From assembly GCA_944387515.1 (NCBI GenBank), contig CALXFL010000001.1, positions 1 to 35,735 on the forward strand: a stretch of 35,735 nt of DNA, in the 5' to 3' direction. Origin of the DNA: an uncultured Clostridia bacterium (GTDB taxonomy: Bacteria; Bacillota; Clostridia; Oscillospirales; Ruminococcaceae). The position numbers and the translations under genes were made by a program. The notes below the pieces were generated by a model. The model saw only the letters and a list, made by a program, of their open reading frames with translations. It made no database searches and was not told the origin of the DNA. Of the stretch, positions 1-5,856 are shown piece by piece. The first letter of the stretch is position 1, and the number at the start of each line of letters is the position of its first letter.

Positions 1-576
1 AAAGAAGGCGATATGCTGGTTACCTGTGCCACCGTGGTCATGAGCTATATGCAGCTCATCTCCATGCCGATGATCGGAATTACCGGCGGCACCCAGCCCA
101 TCCTCAGCTACAACTACGGCGCCAAGAAAATTGACCGCATCCGTCAGGGAGAGAAGACCATCCTGACCATGGCCGTGATTTTCGCTGTCATCATGTTCAC
201 CTTCTCCCAGCTGGTGCCCGGTGCTTTTGCCCGGATCTTTACTGGAGATGCTGAGATTCTTTCTCTGTCGGCCTGGGGGATCCGAGTCTATACCGCCTGT
301 GTCATTCCCATGGCCTTCCAGTATACCCTGGTGGATGGACTGACCGCTCTGGGTGTCCCCAAAGCAGCAGTTTCCCTGTCCCTTTTCAGAAAGGGCGTGC
401 TGTTTGTGCTGACACTGGTGCTGCCGATCTGGTTTGGTGCCCGCAGCGCCTTCTTTGCAGAGCCTATTGCAGACTTTATCTCTGGCATTTCTTCCACCAC
501 GACTTTCCTGTTGATTTTCGGGCCGTTGATGCGCAAAAGAGCCGCCATGCCCGATGGAGAAGCCCTGTACAGCTGA
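1..576 (+). CDS. MATE family efflux transporter, C-terminal part (5' end lies outside the window)
   Basis: Frame 1 is open from base 1 to the TGA at 574-576. The translation is polytopic-membrane-like and contains the MATE-typical segment GTQPILSYNYGAKK. Same family style as the complete MATE gene at 28510-29859. Confidence 0.8.
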   Translation, partial: KEGDMLVTCATVVMSYMQLISMPMIGITGGTQPILSYNYGAKKIDRIRQGEKTILTMAVIFAVIMFTFSQLVPGAFARIFTGDAEILSLSAWGIRVYTACVIPMAFQYTLVDGLTALGVPKAAVSLSLFRKGVLFVLTLVLPIWFGARSAFFAEPIADFISGISSTTTFLLIFGPLMRKRAAMPDGEALYS

Positions 577-602
577 CGGAAAAAAGTATTTTGGTTTTGT
601 GG

Positions 603-631
603 TTACCAAATACATCTATTTGTGGTACAAT
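603..631 (+). promoter_or_regulatory. Putative sigma-A promoter reading into the tandem RNA-like array
   Basis: -35 TTACCA (603-608), 17-nt spacer, extended -10 TGgTACAAT (623-631). Lies just downstream of the MATE stop and upstream of the first hairpin (638-661). Confidence 0.45.
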
Positions 632-824
632 AAGGATGCAGCAGGGAGTTTTCTCTGCTGCCATTCCCTCCTTTCGTCTGCAGGATGTAGATCCTGTGGC
701 AATGTCCTTCTTTTGGCAGCCCCAGCGGAAGGGTGCGGCGTCGCCGCCACCCAAACCTCCTGCATTTTATGGCTCCTTCCGGCTGGCCGGCTGTACAGGA
801 AGCATGGAGTTTGTTCCGTAGTTT

Positions 825-856
825 GCCCCGCTTTTCAAAAGTGGGGCAATTTTTTT
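825..856 (+). terminator. Intrinsic terminator, array unit 1
   Basis: Stem GCCCCGC (825-831) / GTGGGGC (841-847), followed by AATTTTTTT (848-856). Confidence 0.75.
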
Positions 857-1023
857 GCGAAAAAGGAAAAGAAGTAGGGTTAACAAGACATCAGGAACTT
901 CTTCCTGATAGTTTCCTCCTTTCTTTGACAGAAGATTTCTTCTGTCCTACCTCCTAAAGTTCCCTGAAAGGCGGCGTAAGCTGCAAAAGACCTCCTGCAT
1001 TTCTGGCTCTTTCAGGACATTGG

Positions 1024-1066
1024 CCCCGCTTCTGGTTTGTTGCCCGGAAGCGGGGTGCTTCTTTTT
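1024..1066 (+). terminator. Intrinsic terminator, array unit 2
   Basis: 12-bp stem CCCCGCTTCTGG (1024-1035) / CCGGAAGCGGGG (1044-1055) with one G-U pair, followed by TGCTTCTTTTT. Confidence 0.75.
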
Positions 1067-1231
1067 GCGAAAAAGGAAAAGAAGTGAGGTTAACAAGGCA
1101 TCAGGAACTTTTTCCTGGTATACCTCCTTTCTATGGCAGAAGATTTCTTCTGTCCCTCCTTCTTCAGTTCCCTGGAAGGCGGCGTAAGCTGCAAAAGACC
1201 TCCTGCATTGTTTGGCTCTTCCAGGATTCTT

Positions 1232-1275
1232 GCTCCGCTTCTGGTTTGTTGCCCGGAAGCGGGGCGCTTCTTTTT
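1232..1275 (+). terminator. Intrinsic terminator, array unit 3
   Basis: Stem GCTCCGCTTCTGG (1232-1244) / CCGGAAGCGGGGC (1253-1265), followed by GCTTCTTTTT. Confidence 0.75.
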
Positions 1276-1398
1276 GCGAAAAAGCGCAGGAGGCGGGGTT
1301 AACAAGGCACATGCATTCTCCTTCTCTCAGTTTGGCGGAAAGCGGCGCAAGCCGGAAAAGACTTCTCTGCATTGTTTGGCTCTTTCACCCGACGAACG

Positions 1399-1441
1399 CC
1401 CCGTTTCCGGTGTATTTTCCGGAAGCGGGGTGATTCTTTTT
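1399..1441 (+). terminator. Intrinsic terminator, array unit 4
   Basis: 12-bp stem CCCCGTTTCCGG (1399-1410) / CCGGAAGCGGGG (1419-1430), followed by TGATTCTTTTT. Confidence 0.75.
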
Positions 1442-1614
1442 GCGAAAAAGGAAAGGGAGCAGGGTTAACAAAGCATCAGGAAGTTATTTCCTGGCATTTC
1501 TCCTTTTTTGCAGAAGCTTCTTCTGCCCCTCTTCAGCCTGATGGAAAGCGGCAACTGCCAAGCGGCAATTGCCGCATGAGATTTCCTGCGTTTTTGGCTT
1601 TTTCATCAGGCTGA

Positions 1615-1659
1615 CGCCCCATTTCCGACCCGTTGTCTGGAAGTGGGGCGATTTTTTTT
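1615..1659 (+). terminator. Intrinsic terminator, array unit 5
   Basis: 12-bp stem CGCCCCATTTCC (1615-1626) / GGAAGTGGGGCG (1639-1650), followed by A plus T8 (1651-1659). Confidence 0.8.
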
Positions 1660-1801
1660 GGAGAAAGGAAGAAAACAAAGCGAATATTTCGTTTAAAAAA
1701 ATGGAATTTTTATGACCTTCTCTGCGAAAAATAGCTGGAAAAGCGGTTTTCTCAACCAGAAGCTGCGGAGTTGTTTCGCGGGTTATGAAAGGAGAATCCC
1801 T

Positions 1802-3874
1802 ATGAAAAAGAGCAAAGGCTTGTCCTTTATGGGTATGGTGCTTTCTCTGTCCCTGCTGTGCAGTGTGGTACTGACAGCGTTCTATGGGCTGCCGGTTGAG
1901 GCTGCCGATTCCCAGAACCGGCATAATGTGGTAGTGGTCATGGATGCGAGTTATTCCATGGAAGACAGTGACGCAGACCGGCTTCGGATGGATGCTGTGG
2001 AACAGTTTATGGGACTGCTCACAGAGGAAGGAAACGTGGTAGGCGGTATCATTTTTGGCGGATATGCCGCTGAATCCCTGCCCCCGGTAGCCATCGACAG
2101 CCAGGAAGACAAGGATGCGGTCAATCAGTTTTTTTATAACAGCGGCTTTGTCAGCTATACCAATATCGGTGCTGGCCTGACTGCTGCTGAGGAAATGCTG
2201 GCTGAGGGAGGAGATCCTTCTCTGCCGTCGGTCATCATTCTCCTGAGTGACGGCAACACCGCCATGGAAACCGATGAAGCCCTGGAGGAAGCGCTGAATC
2301 TGAAAGCTGAAGCCATCCAGACTGCCCGGGACAATGGTACAGAAATCTATACCGTCTGTCTCAATGTGGACGGCAGCGCTGATGTCACCGAAATGCAGCA
2401 GATTTCCTCTGCTACCGGCGGCGTCTTTCAGGAGGTTGCCCGTCCCGAGGACCTGAAGGACGTGCTCAGCACCTTCTACACCCTGATTTATGGCACTTCC
2501 ACCATTCCGTTGGTGGAGGATGTCTTCCCTGAAAGCGGCCGTATTGAGACGCCCTTCCAGGTACCGGGTATCGGTGTAGAAGAGGTCAACATCGTCATCA
2601 ATGGACAGACGACCTCCATTACCCCCATTCGGCCCGATGGCACGCCCTGCGATACCGGCCTTCAGGTAACCAGCGGCCGCAGCTTTTCCCTGGTAAAAAT
2701 CCTGGATGTGGAGCCGGGAGACTGGACGCTGGTGACGACTGGCGTCCCCGGTGATGAGATCCGGGTGAATATGGTTTACAACACCAATCTGTCTGTGCTG
2801 ACTCAGGCAGATCCTGCTGAATCTCAGCTTCCTCCGGACACCCAGCTCACTGTAAAGGCGCAGCTGGCTTCAGGTGACGAGGTTGCTTCCACTGACCGGC
2901 AGTATACCGGCTACACTGCCCAGCTGGAACTGCTCAGCGGCGGACAGGTGGTCTCCACCCATACCATGCCGGTTCAGAACGGCGGCTTTTCTGTCTCAGT
3001 TCCGCTGAGCGAGGGCGTTTATCAGTATCAGGTGCGGGTAACTGGCTATTATCTGGAGCGGGTCAGCGATCCGGTATCTCTGACCGTTTCTGCTGCTGCC
3101 GAACCTCCTGTCAGCAGTGTTTCTGCTCCTGAAGAACGGGTGGAAAAGGTGGTTAATCTGTGGCCCTTCAAGGGAGGACTGCTGACACTGGACCTGAAGG
3201 AGCTGTTTGTGGCAGAGGAGACTCCTCAGATTTCCATTCTCTCCACCTCCTTCCTGGAGGGAAAGGACTACCGGCTGGAAGGCACCCTTCTGACCCAGGA
3301 CGGCTTCAGCCTTTCCAAAGGTTCCTATACCATTGAAGCCGTTTCGTCCACCGGTCAGACTGCTCAGGTGGAGCTGGTGGTACTCACCCGAAATATTGGT
3401 CTGTTGACCCTGCTGGGACTGGGTATTATTGCGCTGCTGGTGGCAGCCGGAATGGGTGTAGGACTTTATCTGGCCTTGACCAAACGGTTTTACGGCACCA
3501 TTCAGGTCACCTCCATGGCGGACGGCGCCACCAAAACGGATTCCCGTTCTCCTGCCCGGGGCCGCTGCCGTCTCAGTCAGTTTGACCTGCTGCAGACCGG
3601 TTTCCACTATGGAAAGTGTTACTTCCAGGCCACTGGCCAGCGGCATATCTTCCTCATAACCGATCAGCCGGTATCCAGTGGCGGCGTGATTTCCAAAAAG
3701 GTGCGGATCGAGAGCGGCCAGCAGACTGCGGTTACCCTACCGAACCAGGATGGAAAGATGCTCTCCATTTTGTTTGTCAGCCGTAAGGCGGCTTCCGCTG
3801 CCAGCATCAAGGCACCGAAGGCTCCCAAGGTGAAACCGCCCAAGCCTCCGAAACCCCCTAAAATTCGTCGGTAA
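1802..3874 (+). CDS. Membrane-anchored von Willebrand factor A (vWA) domain protein: signal/anchor, extracytoplasmic vWA, beta-rich repeats, TM helix, cytoplasmic tail
   Basis: ATG at 1802 follows RBS AAAGGAG (1788-1794); the longer ORF from 1712 has no RBS. Hydrophobic N-terminal leader MKKSKGLSFMGMVLSLSLLCSVVL. MIDAS motif DxSxS in VVVMDASYSMEDSD, plus LLSDGNT. TM segment IGLLTLLGLGIIALLVAAGMGVGLYLAL, then a ~125-aa tail ending KAPKAPKVKPPKPPKPPKIRR. Confidence 0.85.
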   Translation: MKKSKGLSFMGMVLSLSLLCSVVLTAFYGLPVEAADSQNRHNVVVVMDASYSMEDSDADRLRMDAVEQFMGLLTEEGNVVGGIIFGGYAAESLPPVAIDSQEDKDAVNQFFYNSGFVSYTNIGAGLTAAEEMLAEGGDPSLPSVIILLSDGNTAMETDEALEEALNLKAEAIQTARDNGTEIYTVCLNVDGSADVTEMQQISSATGGVFQEVARPEDLKDVLSTFYTLIYGTSTIPLVEDVFPESGRIETPFQVPGIGVEEVNIVINGQTTSITPIRPDGTPCDTGLQVTSGRSFSLVKILDVEPGDWTLVTTGVPGDEIRVNMVYNTNLSVLTQADPAESQLPPDTQLTVKAQLASGDEVASTDRQYTGYTAQLELLSGGQVVSTHTMPVQNGGFSVSVPLSEGVYQYQVRVTGYYLERVSDPVSLTVSAAAEPPVSSVSAPEERVEKVVNLWPFKGGLLTLDLKELFVAEETPQISILSTSFLEGKDYRLEGTLLTQDGFSLSKGSYTIEAVSSTGQTAQVELVVLTRNIGLLTLLGLGIIALLVAAGMGVGLYLALTKRFYGTIQVTSMADGATKTDSRSPARGRCRLSQFDLLQTGFHYGKCYFQATGQRHIFLITDQPVSSGGVISKKVRIESGQQTAVTLPNQDGKMLSILFVSRKAASAASIKAPKAPKVKPPKPPKPPKIRR

Positions 3875-3881
3875 CAGCAGA

Positions 3882-3912
3882 AAAACCTCCCGGTTTCGGG
3901 AGGTTTTTGCTT
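3882..3912 (+). terminator. Intrinsic terminator after the vWA gene
   Basis: Stem AAAACCTCCCG (3882-3892) / CGGGAGGTTTT (3897-3907), loop GTTT, followed by TGCTT. Confidence 0.8.
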
Positions 3913-4026
3913 CCTCTGAAACGCTACTCGGTAAACCATCCATGCGAAAAAATCCCCCTTTCTTTGTTAAACAATACAACAGATCAATTTTGGGATACTC
4001 CCTTTGCCTGGAAAGGATGACAATGT

Positions 4027-4755
4027 ATGATGACTGAAAAGAATCAGGCCTTATTGGAAGAAACACTTCAGAAATCCGGTGTGGAAGCGGATCATACCCA
4101 GCTGGTATTGGGGATGGGGGGCGCCGGCATCCGGCTGGCAGAAGAGCTGGCAGAGGCGCTGGGCCGCATGGTTCAGCAGCCGGTGACGGTCAGCGCAATG
4201 GACAGCGACAGCTGCGCTGTCCAGCCGGGAAGAAATGTCTTCCTGCTGAAGGGCACCCTGCCTGGCGGTATTACCGGAGCAGGCGCCGCTGGTGACCGGC
4301 GGCTGGCTCATCTCTGGATGATGGAGCAGTTGGAAGCCCTTACCCGCTGGATCACCCCTCTGATGCAGCTACAAAAGCCGTTGGACATCTGGCTGACAGC
4401 TGGCATGGGAGGTGGTACCGGCTCAGGCTGTCTGTTGTCCATGGCCTATCTGGTGCGCCATGTCACCGCTGACATGGCGGGTGTGACCCTCCGATGCTGT
4501 CTGACGATGCCTGGTCTGACCTCTGGCTGGCCCAATCTGGTGGTGAAGCAGCTGGAGACCAACAGCCGCCGCAGCGTCCAGGAGCTGGCCTACTGTGTCA
4601 ACCTTCCCGCCGCCGACCAGGTGGACCACCAGCTGGATAACCGGCCGCTGCTGGATGGCTGCTGGCTGCGGGATTCGTCCGAAAAATGGCAGCCTGTGGG
4701 CGGCAGCCGGGAAGCCCTGGGAGAACTTCTGGCCCGGACCGACAGCAGCTGCTGA
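4027..4755 (+). CDS. Minimal FtsZ/tubulin-superfamily GTPase domain protein (242 aa), without an FtsZ-like C-terminal domain
   Basis: Phosphate-loop motifs occur in FtsZ order: LVLGMGGAG (G1), MDSD (compare NTD), ITGAGAAGD (compare GLGAGANPEVG), and the tubulin signature TAGMGGGTGSGC (compare FtsZ GMGGGTGTG). It shares ELAYCVNLP with ELDYCMNLP and ELDYCMQLQ of the two giant paralogs. RBS GGAAAGGA at 4010-4017. Confidence 0.8.
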   Translation: MMTEKNQALLEETLQKSGVEADHTQLVLGMGGAGIRLAEELAEALGRMVQQPVTVSAMDSDSCAVQPGRNVFLLKGTLPGGITGAGAAGDRRLAHLWMMEQLEALTRWITPLMQLQKPLDIWLTAGMGGGTGSGCLLSMAYLVRHVTADMAGVTLRCCLTMPGLTSGWPNLVVKQLETNSRRSVQELAYCVNLPAADQVDHQLDNRPLLDGCWLRDSSEKWQPVGGSREALGELLARTDSSC

Positions 4756-4817
4756 ACCCGCTCCTCGAGAGAACGCTCTGTACACATTTCAACACATCCG
4801 GGAAAGGAGCCTATTAC

Positions 4818-4889
4818 ATGAATCAGGAAATGATCGAGTCTATGAGTATTCGTGACAGTTCATTTTTTTTACAAACGCGGATTGGATAA
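4818..4889 (+). other. 23-codon ORF with a strong RBS, in frame with the downstream ClpX-like gene and separated from it only by TAA (4887-4889)
   Basis: RBS AAAGGAG (4803-4809) then ATG at 4818. Translation is MNQEMIESMSIRDSSFFLQTRIG followed by stop. The frame continues open after the TAA, and ClpX-like homology starts immediately at 4890. Confidence 0.35.
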
Positions 4890-4970
4890 CTGATCCCCCG
4901 GGATATTGAAAACTGGATACACACCGATGACGGCATCATCGGTCAGGATGCCGCTGTCCGGGCAGCTGCC

Positions 4971-5825
4971 ATGATTGTCTACAACCACTATGAAGGGCGT
5001 CCTTCCGTTTCTCTGTTTGCAGGTCCTACCGGCAGCGGAAAGACCCAGATCTGGCGCGCTCTTCAGCAGGAATATGGCAGCCAGAACATCATCATTCAGG
5101 ATGCCAGTGTCCTGTCAGCCGAAGGCTGGCGGGGCGGCAACAAGATTTCCACCATCTTTCGCAGCCTGAATGCAGACCAGCGGGAGCGGATCATTCTGGT
5201 GTTGGACGAATGTGACAAGCTGCTGGAGCCCATGCACGGCGCCAACGGCACCAATTACAGCGATCTGATGCAGAACCAGCTGCTGCGGATGTGCGATCAT
5301 GATACCCTCTTTTTTGGCAGTGAAGACAGTCAGTCCAGTATGACCATCAGCTGCGCCCGGGTATCAGTGGTGATGCTGGGTGCCTTTGCCCGGCTCACCG
5401 AGCAAAAAAGGAAAGACAGCAGTTGTATAGGCTTTGGGCGTAATCCGGAATTTTCTCAAAACAGTGTCACAGAGCTAACCACGGAAGATCTGATCGATTA
5501 CGGTATGAGAGCCGAGCTGGCCGGATGGCTGGACCGGATCGTTTGTATGGATCTCCTTTCCATCCGAGATCTGGTCCAGATCGGCAAGCAGGAAGTGACC
5601 CGGCTGGAAGAACAGCTGCATATCCGGCTCCGGATCGCACCGGATGTGCTGATTATGCTGGCCCGGGCGGCTGTGGGCAAGGGATTGGGCGCCCGTTGGC
5701 TCAAGGCCCGGCTGGGACAGCTGCTGGACGATCGGCTTTATGACGATCCCGATGCCGACAGCTACGAGATTCTTTATGAGCCGGCTGATGCGGATGCCCG
5801 GCGGCAGGCTTGCTGTATGGACTGA
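4971..5825 (+). CDS. ClpX-like AAA+ ATPase without a zinc-binding N-domain; homology extends upstream to 4890, so the true 5' end is unresolved
   Basis: Walker A GPTGSGKT and Walker B ILVLDECDK. Pore-loop-like AEGWRGG (compare ClpX AGYVGED). CIGFGRN (compare the ClpX GIGFGAT IGF loop). EDLIDYGMRAELAGWLDRIV (compare EDLIKFGLIPEFIGRLPVV). GLGARWLK (compare TGARGLR). Codons 4890-4970 encode ...DDGIIGQDAAVRAAAMIVYNHY, matching ClpX [20 protein letters not shown], but contain no in-frame ATG, GTG or TTG. Confidence 0.8.
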   Translation: MIVYNHYEGRPSVSLFAGPTGSGKTQIWRALQQEYGSQNIIIQDASVLSAEGWRGGNKISTIFRSLNADQRERIILVLDECDKLLEPMHGANGTNYSDLMQNQLLRMCDHDTLFFGSEDSQSSMTISCARVSVVMLGAFARLTEQKRKDSSCIGFGRNPEFSQNSVTELTTEDLIDYGMRAELAGWLDRIVCMDLLSIRDLVQIGKQEVTRLEEQLHIRLRIAPDVLIMLARAAVGKGLGARWLKARLGQLLDDRLYDDPDADSYEILYEPADADARRQACCMD

Positions 5826-5856
5826 TTTTTGGATTTTCAGGAAAGGAGCAAAGAAA

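Larger units (their letters stand above)
638..1659 (+). repeat. Tandem array of 5 related ~165-220 nt structured modules (candidate sRNA/ncRNA array), each ending in an intrinsic terminator
   Basis: Approximate units: 638-856, 857-1066, 1067-1275, 1276-1441, 1442-1659. Recurring blocks are TTGCGAAAAAGG, GGTTAACAAGG, hairpin CAGGAA/TTCCTG, CCTCCTTTC, hairpin GCAGAAG/CTTCTGC, a long-range stem enclosing AAAGACCTCCTGCAT, then a GC hairpin plus T-run. The long-range stem shows compensatory changes between units: CCTGAAAG/CTTTCAGG at 963-970/1009-1016, CCTGGAAG/CTTCCAGG at 1171-1178/1218-1225, AGCCTGATG/CATCAGGCT at 1535-1543/1604-1612. Confidence 0.8.

Noticed and set aside
554-1614. Many 70-140-aa ORFs on both strands across the tandem array, including the small repeated minus-strand peptide MQEVFCSLRRL...
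   Set aside because: ORF lengths and ends are not conserved between repeat units. The conservation pattern follows hairpins with compensatory changes and +strand terminators, so non-coding RNA or repeat is the better reading.
638-1659. Possible CRISPR array or rRNA gene fragment.
   Set aside because: The units are ~165-220 nt with no short direct repeats alternating with unique spacers, and no cas genes are present. The 16S-like matches are only ~8-12 nt blocks, far too short for an rRNA gene or pseudogene.
1712-1801. Longer N-terminal extensions offered by the ORF track: 1712, 5740, 8794, 16414, 25117, 28405, 32356, plus 21814 and 28252 on the minus strand.
   Set aside because: In each case an internal start has a well-spaced AGGAGG-type RBS and gives a sensible N-terminus (signal peptide, conserved family start or coupling to the upstream stop). 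The extension overlaps the upstream gene or intergenic hairpins.
4887-4889. Alternative genetic code (TAA read as sense) as an explanation for the in-frame stop in the ClpX-like gene.
   Set aside because: TAA clearly terminates other well-supported genes here (for example 3872-3874, 14874-14876 and 25151-25153), so global reassignment is not supported.
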